Origin: Deltaproteobacteria bacterium | GTDB taxonomy: Bacteria > Myxococcota > Myxococcia > Myxococcales > 40CM-4-68-19 | Length of the DNA: 57,192 nt | Reading direction: 5' to 3' | Assembly (NCBI GenBank): GCA_043782525.1 | Contig: JAYWAJ010000452.1 | Location: 1-57,192, forward strand | Shown here: positions 46,544-55,292 of the stretch, piece after piece | How positions within the stretch are numbered: the stretch's first letter is position 1 | How the letters are laid out: each line of letters opens with the position of its first letter | Translations under genes and position numbers: made by a program | The notes under the pieces: generated by a model | Seen by the model: the letters and a program-made list of their open reading frames with translations, nothing else | Told to the model about the DNA's origin: nothing | Databases searched by the model: none

Positions 46544-48469
46544 ATGACACGCATCGCAACAGCGTCATGGTCGGCAGCGGTCGCCGCCATGCTCGCCTTC
46601 TCGCTCCCCGCGCTCGCCGAGCCGACCTACAAAGGGAAGCCGATCTCGGAGCTGCTCTCGTCCGGCGGGCTGGCCGCCTGGAGGGCGACGCAAGCCCATT
46701 CGCCCAAGGGCTTCGCGCCGGTCGGCGTCAACTTCGATGACGACAACCCTTTCATCGACCCCGACGCGCCCTTGACCGGATTTCCCTCGGTGGCCGAGGA
46801 GGGGGGCGAGCCCGGCCCCTACCTCGCCAACGGGAAGAATGTCTTCGTCAACGATCCCTGCCTCGACCCGCCGCCGCCGTCGCGCCGGCGCACCGTGCAG
46901 AGCGAGACGGAGCTGGCGGTGCTCAACGGCCGCCTTTCCCACGGCAAGAAGATCGTGGTCGGCTACAACGATTCCTACGGCTTCTACGACAACACCCAGG
47001 GCCTGAGTGGCTTCTCCTATTCGATCGACGGCGGCAAGACCTTCATCGACGGCGGCGGGCTGCCGCCGGTGGTGCCCGATCACACGCCGATCGGCACGCC
47101 CGGCAGCGACCACTACGCCGGCGACCCCGTGGTGGTGGTGCACAACCGATCCGGGACGTTCTACTTCGCGTCGATCTACATTACCCCCAACGGCTTCCAG
47201 ACCCTGGCGGTGAACCGCGGCCGCTTCAAGAAGGCGGCTCCGCAGGGCATCGAGAGCCGCGCCAACACCCGCTGCGCCGGCAACCCGGCCGCCAACGGCA
47301 TCCCCGACACGCCGGACAACGAAGAGCGCATCATCTGGGAGCCGCCGGTGGTCGCGGTCTCCGAAGCCGAGCTCGGCGGCGGCCCCTCGCCCGATCCGGC
47401 CGTGGCAGACGCCCTCGACAAGGAGTGGCTTTTCGTGGACCAGCGCACCGGCGTTCTCTACATGAGCTTCACGCGCTTCGGCGTCGACGGCTCCACGCCG
47501 ATCGAGCTGGTGCGCTCTTATGACGGCGGCACCACCTGGACGCCGCCCTCGGTCATCGTCCCCAACCTCGACGACACCTTCAACCAGGCGACGCAGCCGA
47601 TCGTGACCCGGACCGGGCGCGTGGTCGTGACCTGGCACGCGCGGACCTTCTCGCTCATCACCGGCGCCGAGATCTTCCAGCGCATCGGCGCCGCCTTCTC
47701 CGACGACGACGGCACGACCTTCGGGCCGCCGGTGGTGGTGGCGACGGTCAACCCGCAGGGAGAGCCGCTCGGCTACAACCGGCGCCGCTTCGCCATCCTC
47801 AACGCCCCGTACCTCGCCACCGAGCGCCGCGGCCAGGACGGAGAAGGCGAAGACGAGGGGGCCGACGACAGGACCCAGCACCGCGCCAATGTCTACGTCA
47901 GCTACTTCAACGGCAGGACAGCGCTGCCGGTGGTCTTCCCGCCGGGCGCGACGCCGCAGGGCCCGGCCAACCCCCTCGCGCGGTCCGCGGACATCCAGGT
48001 GAGCCGCTCGCGGGACGACGGCACCACCTGGGATCCGCCGGTGATCGCGAACGACGACCGGACCAACACCACCCATGTCTTTCCCAGCATGCAGGTGGAT
48101 CGGGAGGGCGGCCTGCACGTCGCCTGGACCGACCGGCGCCTCGACCCGAACAACGTCCTCAACGACGTCTGGGCCACCACCTCGCTCGACCGGGGCCGCA
48201 CGTTCAGCCCCAACGCACGGGTCACCGACGTCTCGACCTCGTGGTACCAGCGGGCCGACGCGCGGCCAAACTTCGGCGACTACAACTCGAGCGAGCTGAT
48301 CGACTTCACCCGCTTCGTGACGGTCTGGGCCGATGGCCGCTTCCCGACGGGGACGTACGTGCCCCCGACCTGCGTCCCGAAGCCGCCGCCGGGCAAGTCT
48401 TGCCCGCCGACGCTGGCCGGCACGCCGGACACGCTCTTCGCCATCGTGCCTGAAGGCAGCGACGACTGA
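46544..48469 (+). CDS. Secreted sialidase-fold / BNR-repeat beta-propeller protein
   Basis: Signal 'AAVAAMLAFSLPALA'. Asp-boxes 'SIDGGKTF', 'SYDGGTTW', 'SDDDGTTF', 'SRDDGTTW', 'SLDRGRTF'. Confidence 0.75.
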   Translation: MTRIATASWSAAVAAMLAFSLPALAEPTYKGKPISELLSSGGLAAWRATQAHSPKGFAPVGVNFDDDNPFIDPDAPLTGFPSVAEEGGEPGPYLANGKNVFVNDPCLDPPPPSRRRTVQSETELAVLNGRLSHGKKIVVGYNDSYGFYDNTQGLSGFSYSIDGGKTFIDGGGLPPVVPDHTPIGTPGSDHYAGDPVVVVHNRSGTFYFASIYITPNGFQTLAVNRGRFKKAAPQGIESRANTRCAGNPAANGIPDTPDNEERIIWEPPVVAVSEAELGGGPSPDPAVADALDKEWLFVDQRTGVLYMSFTRFGVDGSTPIELVRSYDGGTTWTPPSVIVPNLDDTFNQATQPIVTRTGRVVVTWHARTFSLITGAEIFQRIGAAFSDDDGTTFGPPVVVATVNPQGEPLGYNRRRFAILNAPYLATERRGQDGEGEDEGADDRTQHRANVYVSYFNGRTALPVVFPPGATPQGPANPLARSADIQVSRSRDDGTTWDPPVIANDDRTNTTHVFPSMQVDREGGLHVAWTDRRLDPNNVLNDVWATTSLDRGRTFSPNARVTDVSTSWYQRADARPNFGDYNSSELIDFTRFVTVWADGRFPTGTYVPPTCVPKPPPGKSCPPTLAGTPDTLFAIVPEGSDD

Positions 48470-48767
48470 GGGCCGACGGCAGCGGGGGGATCGCCTCCCC
48501 CCATGTCGGCGAGGTGCTTTTTGAACTTCGCCTGCCAAGCGCCGAACTGGGCGTACATCTCCCGCATCTGGGGGGCCGAGGGCTTCTGCCCCTTCGGGCT
48601 GTCTGCACTCCGCAGATTTGCCTTGACCATCCGCCGGGAGCGAGGTCGCAGCGGCGCGCTCCGTGCGCCGCCGACCTGGTCGTCGGACCGTGCCCTGTAA
48701 CCCGGTGAGAAGGCTCGCGCTTCGGTGTAACGTCCACCCAGGCTGGCTGTCGGTACACGGAGGCCCC

Positions 48768-49181
48768 ATGGTGCCGAGCTCGTTGCGCAGATGGTTCGTG
48801 GTCCACTTCGTGGCGGACCTCGCCTTTGCCTTGCCCCTCTTCCTCGCGCCGCAATGGACGCTGACCCTCCTCGGCTGGCGCGCCGTCGACCCGATCGCCA
48901 CGCGGCTGGTGGCGGCCGCCCTCTTCGGCATCGGTATCCAATCGCTGCTGGGGCGCGACGAGGACGCGGCCACTTTCCGGGCCCTCTTGAACCTCAAGAT
49001 CATCTGGTCGGCGACCGCCACGCTGGGGATCATCTGGTCGCAGCTCGAAGGCGGTCCTCCACTCGGCTGGGCGTTCGCCGCGGTCTTCGCAGCGTTCAAT
49101 GCGCTCTGGGTGCGGTACCGTTTCGCCCCGGCGATGAAGATCGGCCCGGCGCAGATCGCTCCGATGCGCCGCCAGGGATAG
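48768..49181 (+). CDS. Small integral membrane protein (about 4 TM), unknown function
   Basis: ACGGAGG RBS and hydrophobic segments 'FVVHFVADLAFALPLFLAP', 'LVAAALFGIGIQSLL', 'IIWSATATLGIIW', 'GWAFAAVFAAFNALWV'. Confidence 0.6.
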   Translation: MVPSSLRRWFVVHFVADLAFALPLFLAPQWTLTLLGWRAVDPIATRLVAAALFGIGIQSLLGRDEDAATFRALLNLKIIWSATATLGIIWSQLEGGPPLGWAFAAVFAAFNALWVRYRFAPAMKIGPAQIAPMRRQG

Positions 49182-49208
49182 CGTCACCGATGGTCCGGAC
49201 GAAGGGCG

Positions 49209-49439
49209 TCAGCCGTCCCAGTCGCCGAAGTGCGCCAGCAGCGAATCCATCACCGCGTCAGGAACCGGTTCGGGCGGCATGCCGCCGAGCACGGCGACCG
49301 AGAGCTTCATTTGCCTCAGGTAGCTGCGGCAATCCTTGCACATGCCGATGTGGACCTGAAACCGCGCCCGGTCCAGGAAGGAAATGCGCCCTTCGAGGTA
49401 ATCGGTGATCAGCGTGGTCATCTGCTGGCAGGTCAACAT
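49209..49439 (-). CDS. zf-HC2 anti-sigma factor (short, cytoplasmic)
   Basis: 'C..M..LI.DYLEG' and 'HIGMCKDCRSYL' (H-x3-C-x2-C), immediately downstream of an ECF sigma gene. Confidence 0.8.
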   Translation of the reverse strand: MLTCQQMTTLITDYLEGRISFLDRARFQVHIGMCKDCRSYLRQMKLSVAVLGGMPPEPVPDAVMDSLLAHFGDWDG

Positions 49440-49442
49440 TCG

Positions 49443-50057
49443 CTACGCTTCCTCCTCGGCATAGAGCAGTTCCAGTGCGTGCCGGACTCGCGACCGGGCG
49501 CGGTGAAGCAGCACCCGCTGGTTCGACTCGCTCAGCTCGAGCACGTTACAGACCTCCACCGACTCGAGCCCCTGCATGTCTCGCAGGGTGAGAACGGCGC
49601 GCTGCATGGCGGGCATTCCGGCGAGTGTGCGCTGGATCTCCTGGACAGCCTCCGCGCGATCGAGCACGCGCTCCGGCGTGTCGTCGCTCCAGGCCTCCGG
49701 GGGATGTGCCCAATGGCCGGCTCGGTTGAACCGGGAGGGATCGACCGGCGCGTCTCCAGGCTCCTCCAGCTCCGAGAACGGCGTCGAGCGCGCTTCGCGC
49801 TCGGCCAGGGTCTTCGCGCGGTTGGTGCAGATGCGGAAGATCCAGGTCTGCAGCGAGGAGCGGCCCTCGAACCGATCGAGGGAAGCGAGCACGCTGCCCC
49901 AGGTGTCCTGCGCGACCTCCTCCGCGGTGGCGCGGCTCTTGACGAACATCATCGCCACCCGCACGAGGCTGCCGTTCAGCTCGCGCACGAGTGCTGCGAA
50001 CGCGGCCTTGTCGCGGGCGCGCAACTTGTCGACCAGCGCCTGATCGTCCTGAAGCAT
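49443..50057 (-). CDS. ECF-type RNA polymerase sigma-70 family factor
   Basis: Region 2 'FAALVRELNGSLVRVAMMFV...AEEVAQDTW' and region 4 'VLTLRDMQGLESVEVCNVLELSESNQRVLLHRARSRVR'. The ATG at 50057 has a GGGGAGG RBS; the called start at 50084 is also possible. Confidence 0.88.
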   Translation of the reverse strand: MLQDDQALVDKLRARDKAAFAALVRELNGSLVRVAMMFVKSRATAEEVAQDTWGSVLASLDRFEGRSSLQTWIFRICTNRAKTLAEREARSTPFSELEEPGDAPVDPSRFNRAGHWAHPPEAWSDDTPERVLDRAEAVQEIQRTLAGMPAMQRAVLTLRDMQGLESVEVCNVLELSESNQRVLLHRARSRVRHALELLYAEEEA

Positions 50058-50255
50058 GGGCAATGTGCCTCCCCATACGCCCACATCACGGCGCCAGTTA
50101 CGGAGGGCTCCGGCTCACCCGAGGCAGCGCGCGGCGGTCGACGGACCCGCGCGGGGCATAGTCTCGCGCGGCCCGCTCGGCCGCGCATCCGCATCCCCTG
50201 AATCGCGCTGCGCTGGGGATTGAATCCCATCATCCATCCGCTACTCTTATTTCCC

Positions 50256-52336
50256 ATGGATCCAAAAGGCACCTCGCCGTCGCCGCAAGCGGCACCCGCC
50301 ACCTCCGCCTACGCGAGGCTCTTCCAGGCGTCGCCAGACGCCATCCTCGTCGCTGACGACCAGGGCCGGTTCGTCGATGCGAATCCAGCCGCCTGCAGCC
50401 TGTTCGGGCTCTCGAGAAAGCAGCGGGTCGGCCGCTGCCTCGCCGACTTCGCCGACCCGGCTGGGGCGGCGCTGACCCAAGCTTCCCTCGGCCGCCCCGC
50501 CTCTGGGCGCCCCGAGCTCCGCATCCGCCGCCCCGACGGCGAGATCCGTTCGCTCGAGTTCGTCGCCGTACCGGACTTCCTGCCCGGGCGGCACGCCTCC
50601 TTCCTTCGCGACGTCACCGAGCGCAAGAGCAGCGAAGCCCTGACCTTGAAATTCAAGTCGCTGATCGAGAACAGCACCGATTTCATCGGCTTTGCTACGA
50701 CGGCTGGGGTCCCCATCTACATCAACAATGCCAGTCTGACCATGATGGGCCTGAACGGCATCGCAGACGCCCAGAGCCGGCGCGTCATCGACTTCCACAT
50801 GGAAGACGACAAGGCGTTCGTGCTGGACACCATCATTCCGGAGGTCATGAGGAGCGGTCGATGGCAGGGCGAGTTTCGCTTCCGTCATTTCGGGACCGGC
50901 CTGCCTGTCCCGGTCTTCTATACGTTCTTCCGCATCGACGACCCGGTCACCGGCGACGTCTCGGGAATCGCCACCGTGACCCGCGACATCTCGGAGTCCA
51001 AACGCCAGCGCGAAAGCCTGGAGGCCACCGCACGAGAGCTCCGCTTGATCACCGAGATCATGCCGCAGATGGTCTGGACGACGACCCCCGACGGAACGCA
51101 CATCTACTTCAACAAGGGCTGGACTGATTATACCGGCCTGAGCCTCGATCAAGGTCGCAGCTGGCGCGCGCGCAGCCGCTGCGCGACGGGGACGGAAAGA
51201 TCCTGCAGTGGTTCGGTACCTGCACGGACATCGACGCCCAGAAGAACGCTCAGGAAGTGCTCAGAGCGGCGCAAAGCGCCACCGACCGCGAGCGAGAGCG
51301 CCTCTACGCGATCTTCATGGACGCGCCCGTCGTCATCAACGTGGTCCGCGGACAGGAGCTCCGGATCGAGTTCACCAACGGGCTGTACCAACAGCTCTTC
51401 GGCCGGGCCCGGAAGCTGGATGGTCTGCGGCTCGAGGAAGCGCTGCCCGAGCTCGCCCCCGAACTGGTCGCCCTGCACCGCGAGGTGATCCGGAGCGGCC
51501 GCAGACATGTCTCGGGGGAGCTGTCCGCGATCCTGGATTACGACAACAATGGAAAGCCATATGAAAAGATATGGCACGCGATCTACCAGCCACTGCGCAA
51601 CCAGCAGGGTGTAGTCGACGCGCTGATGACCTTCGGCCTCGAAGTGACCGAGCAGGTCCGGGCTCGAAAGCAAACCCAGGACCTCATCTCCAGGCTCGAG
51701 CAGGAGCGCGCGATCCGCGAGCAGTTCGTCTCCAGCTTGACGCACGATCTCCGCTCACCTCTCTCTGCCGCGCGGATGAGCGCGCAATTGATCGGCCGCA
51801 ACCCGGATGATCCGGAAAGGGTGGAGAGGAACTCGGCTCGCATCACCCTCAACATCGACCGCGCAGACGCGATGATTCGCGACTTGCTCGATTCCAGCCT
51901 CATCCGGGCGGGTGAGCCGCTGCCCATCCATGCGGAAGAGTGCGATCTCCACCGGCAGATCCAGAAGACCCTCGACGAGCTGGCCACCGTGCACGGCGAC
52001 CGCTTCGATCTGGTCTCGAAGTCCCCGGTCGTTGGCTTCTGGGACTACCGCAACCTCCAGCGCGCGCTGGAAAACCTGTCCAACAACGCCGTCAAGTACG
52101 GTTCACCTCACCAGAGGATCGGCGTCCGATTGACCGCCTCCCCCGACGAAGTGCAGATCTCGGTGCACAACCTGGGGCACCCGATCTCGGACGACGACCA
52201 GAAGAATCTCTTCAAGTACTTCCATCGCGCCGCCGCGGCCCGGTCGAGCACGAGCGGAGGCTGGGGGGCGGCCCGACCGCAAAGCTTGAAGACCCGAAGA
52301 CGTTCAAGCGACCAGCCGAGGAGAAGTCGCAGATGA
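50256..52336 (+). pseudogene. PAS-domain sensor histidine kinase, disrupted: internal out-of-frame deletion near 51161 and loss of the G2 box and C-terminus
   Basis: Frame 0 carries PAS domains up to 'GWTDYTGLSLDQGRSW'. Frame 2 resumes immediately with 'LARAQPLRDGDGKILQWFGTCTDID', which is the end of the same PAS type. It continues through H-box 'FVSSLTHDLRSPLSA' and N-box 'LENLSNNAVKYG', then breaks off after 'SGGWG'. Confidence 0.75.
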
Positions 52337-52412
52337 CGGGTCCCGGCAGCGCCGGGTACTTCTCCATTCCGGCCTCTACCGTGTGCGACAGATCGACGAG
52401 CGGCAGGGTCCT
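52270..52412 (-). pseudogene. N-terminal fragment of a putative-cyclase / kynurenine-formamidase-family gene
   Basis: 'LPLVDLSHTVEAGMEKYPALPGPVI' matches the family N-terminus (IDLSH..GMP.YPG.P). It is preceded by GGAGGAAGG but has no ATG or GTG. The catalytic 'H.GTH.DAP' region is absent. Confidence 0.5.
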
Positions 52413-52455
52413 TCCTCCGGGGTTGGCGCAACGCAAGTTCCCGCGCAGCGCGAGC

Positions 52456-53781
52456 CTAGTGCTGCGCCGGCCGCTGCGGCGGGTCGAGCACCTCGAGGGT
52501 TGCACCCGAGGCGAGCCGTTCGTGGCTCAGCCGCGCACCGACCCCTTCGGCGGCGGACAACGCCCGCAAGACGTTCTCGCCGGCGACTTTCGCCACCTCG
52601 GCGTCCGACCAGCCGCGCCGCATCAGCTCGGCGAGCAGCGCCGGGAAGCGGTCGACGCTCTCGAGACCGAGGGGTGCCGCGGGGATGCCGTCGAAGTCGG
52701 AGCCGAGCCCGACGTGGTCGACGCCGGCCACGCTGCGGATGTACTCGATGTGATCGGCTACCTGCGCGAGCGTCACCGGTGGCTGCGGGTGCGCGCGCTC
52801 CCAGGCCTCCAGCGCCGCCTTGGCCCGCTCGGGCTGGCCGATGTAGAGGCCGCCGAAGGGCGGGCTGTTGAAGCGGGCCGCCTCCGCCGCGCGGTCGGCG
52901 TCCCAGCGGTTGCGCGCTTCGGAGACGTAGCCGGGGGCGAAGTTGACCATCACCACGCCGCCATTGGCGGGCATCTGCCTGAGCACGTCGTCCGGAACGT
53001 TGCGCGGGTGATCGACCAGCGCCCGTGCCGAAGAGTGGGAGAAGATCACCGGCGCCGCGGTGAGCGCCAGCACCTGCTTCATCACCTCGGGCGAGACGTG
53101 GCTCAGGTCGACCAGCATGCCGAGCCGGTTCATCTCCCGGACCACCTCGCGTCCGAAGGGGGTGAGGCCGCCGTGCGCGGGCGCGTCGGTCGCCGCGTCG
53201 GCCCACGGTGTGTTGATCGAATGGGTCAGCGTCAGGTAGCGCGCGCCCAGCGCGTACATCTGCCGCAGCACCGCCAGCGAGCTGTTGATCTGGTGGCCGC
53301 CTTCGACGCCAATGAGCGAGGCGATCCTGCCGGCCCGGTGCAGCCGGCGGACGTCGGCGGCGGTGGTGGCCATCGCCAGATCTGCGGGGTACCGCTCGAC
53401 CAGGCGATGCACCACGTCGATCTGCTCCAGCGTCGCCTGCACCGCCTCGGCCCCTTTCAGGCTGGTGGGCACCCACACCGACCAGAACTGGCCGCCGACC
53501 CGGCCGCGACGCAGGCGCGGCAGATCGGTCATCAGCGGCGGGTCGCCCGGTGGCGCCAAGAGCTTCGAGGTGTCGCCCGCGAGGTCGACGGCCCCGAGGT
53601 CGTTCTTGAAGCGGGCCAACAACTGCTCGGGCAGGTCGTTGTGCCCGTCGACCATGGGGGTTGCGGCGAGCACCCGCGCGACCCGCGCCTCGAAATCGGA
53701 CGCGGCCTCGGCGCCCAGGCACACGGCCAGGCACAACAGGCCGGCGGGAAGGCGGCTGCGCTCGGCAACGCTCCGGATCAT
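52456..53781 (-). CDS. Membrane dipeptidase (peptidase M19, renal dipeptidase family), secreted
   Basis: 'VDGHNDLP', 'GVEGGH', 'LTLTHSINTPWAD', 'VDLSHVS', 'IFSHSSARAL', 'GLGSDFDGI'. Signal 'MIRSVAERSRLPAGLLCLAVCLGAEA' from the ATG at 53781. Confidence 0.9.
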   Translation of the reverse strand: MIRSVAERSRLPAGLLCLAVCLGAEAASDFEARVARVLAATPMVDGHNDLPEQLLARFKNDLGAVDLAGDTSKLLAPPGDPPLMTDLPRLRRGRVGGQFWSVWVPTSLKGAEAVQATLEQIDVVHRLVERYPADLAMATTAADVRRLHRAGRIASLIGVEGGHQINSSLAVLRQMYALGARYLTLTHSINTPWADAATDAPAHGGLTPFGREVVREMNRLGMLVDLSHVSPEVMKQVLALTAAPVIFSHSSARALVDHPRNVPDDVLRQMPANGGVVMVNFAPGYVSEARNRWDADRAAEAARFNSPPFGGLYIGQPERAKAALEAWERAHPQPPVTLAQVADHIEYIRSVAGVDHVGLGSDFDGIPAAPLGLESVDRFPALLAELMRRGWSDAEVAKVAGENVLRALSAAEGVGARLSHERLASGATLEVLDPPQRPAQH

Positions 53782-54006
53782 GGGTGCACTCTCCCGCGCG
53801 GCTCGGGCGGCGGAGGGATCCGCTTTCGGCACGCGCAGGAGCGGGACGGTACACTTTCCCGGCGCGGCCTCCTACCTGCGCCTCGAGCCTTGCAGGTGGA
53901 CGAAGCGTCGAGATCAATGCTCCGCCCGCCAACCTTCGACGACCGGTTCGTCAGCGATACGCCGCTCCCGGTCAAGCCGGGCAAGGCAAAGCGATCACCG
54001 TCGCAT

Positions 54007-54510
54007 TCACGCGCCGGGCGGCATGACCAGCGCTTCGATCCGCGCGAGCTCGAGGCGAAAGTGGCCCGCCTGGCGCTCGGCGATCATCAGGCCCAGCGTG
54101 CGGACCTTGCCCGAGTCGAGGGCAGGCACTCCGGACAGCGGCCGCCCGCGGAAACTGGCGACGAAGCCCGAGGCGGGCAACACCACCCGCTGCCACGCGG
54201 GCGACGCGGCGAACGATGCCTGGTACTGGATTCCGTCGAAGCCGTCGTCGGTGCGCAGGGTGAATTTGTAGCGGCGGCCGTCGCCGCGCACCGTGAGCGC
54301 GAACGCGTCCGCACCGGCCGCCGGCCAGCTGCGGGGCCCGGCGCGGATCGAGGCGAACCCGCCGCCGCACTCGAGTGACACGGTGCCGGCGAAGGCCGCG
54401 CCGCCTGGGCAGACCTCGAGGCGACTCGCCGAGACGCCGCCCATGACGACGTCGCCGACGGCGCGCCATGCCGCAGTGCTGTCCGGGCTGGTGAAGTCGA
54501 CAAGGGTCAT
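54007..54510 (-). CDS. CIA30-family (complex I intermediate-associated protein 30-like) protein
   Basis: 'W..V.D.VMGGVS.S......G.A.F.G.VSLE..GGFAS+R' and 'Y.F.LRTDD...GI.YQA.F......W..V.LP...F......G' patterns. Confidence 0.75.
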   Translation of the reverse strand: MTLVDFTSPDSTAAWRAVGDVVMGGVSASRLEVCPGGAAFAGTVSLECGGGFASIRAGPRSWPAAGADAFALTVRGDGRRYKFTLRTDDGFDGIQYQASFAASPAWQRVVLPASGFVASFRGRPLSGVPALDSGKVRTLGLMIAERQAGHFRLELARIEALVMPPGA

Positions 54511-54612
54511 GAGCGTCCTGCGGTCGGTTCGCTGTAGCACAGCGCGGTCGGGACTCCAGCAGCGCCCCGGCCGCCCCGCGGGCCATCTGCCCGATCGCGG
54601 TCAGGGATTACG

Positions 54613-54858
54613 GTGACGGGGATCAATATCGATACTGTTCCGCCCGCGTCGAAGGTCGTTGCCACGCCCCCGGCCGCGGCCAGCTGGAACAACACTTCCG
54701 TTTCAGTCAATTGGGGCTGGAGCGACGCTCTTTCGGGTCCTTTGGTTGCGACAGATCTTGGTTCCGGCGTGGCCGCACTCTCCTGCACTTTGGATGGCGT
54801 GGCGATTGCGCTGGCGGCAACCTCGGCGAGCAACAGCGCAATGGCCGGCGACATCTGA
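54613..54858 (+). pseudogene. Orphan fragment resembling an Ig-like surface-protein domain
   Basis: 'IDTVPPASKVVATP..ASWNNTSVSVNWGWSDALSG....DLGSGVAALSCTLDG' resembles 'DTTPP...GW...V.V...A.D..SGV......DG' modules. No signal peptide or context; lower-GC stretch. Confidence 0.3.
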
Positions 54859-54862
54859 GCCT

Positions 54863-55135
54863 CTACCAATTGTCCGTAGAGGCTGCGGTTCCATTTGGCT
54901 GGCTGACGCAATCGCAGGCGGACACGCTCGTGCTTCTGTCGAAGTCGTTGTAACGCGCATTCCCTGGAGCGAGCTTCTCCTTCGGGTCTTCCGCTTCGGT
55001 GGCGGTGACCACGTCCTGATAGCTCACGCCATAGGCACAGAAGGGCGAGTTTTCCAGCGCCTCGACGTCGGTTCCGGGAAGAGTGTACGCTCCACTCCAG
55101 AATGGGTCGCCGGGACGCGGAAGACGGTCTTGCAA
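54863..55135 (-). pseudogene. Orphan fragment resembling a DUF4265-type small protein
   Basis: 'DPFWSGAYTLPGTDVEALENSPFCAYGVSYQDVVTATEAED' resembles the 'LWA...Y.L.N.PF.A.GVS.GDVV.A' core. Both ends look non-homologous. Confidence 0.3.
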
Positions 55136-55240
55136 TCATCCCACCATCTGGCCGAGGTCGAGGGGTTGTGCCACCACGTGGCGGTGCTGCGCGACAGGCG
55201 CCTCATCGCGCAGAACGACATCGCGGCCGTCCGTGAGTGA
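55118..55240 (+). pseudogene. C-terminal remnant of an ABC transporter ATP-binding protein
   Basis: 'RKTVLQSSHHLAEVEGLCHHVAVLRDRRLIAQNDIAAVRE*' matches the H-loop and C-terminal region (TVL.SSH.L.EVE.LCD.V.IL..G+L). No Walker A, signature or Walker B lies upstream in any frame. Confidence 0.55.
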
Positions 55241-55292
55241 GCGCGCCTCACCTCCAGGGCAACCGACCGTTTGGCGGCGCGCCGCGGCCAGA

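Noticed and set aside
48280-48630. A 116-aa minus-strand ORF whose first 45 residues or so ('SADSPKGQKPSAPQMREMYAQFGAWQAKFKKHLADMGG') faintly resemble the N-terminus of YciI/DGPF-like proteins.
   Set aside because: The remaining two thirds overlap the 3' end of the well-supported sialidase-like gene and lack the family core. At best it is a short gene remnant at 48470-48630. The similarity is too weak to assert without a search.
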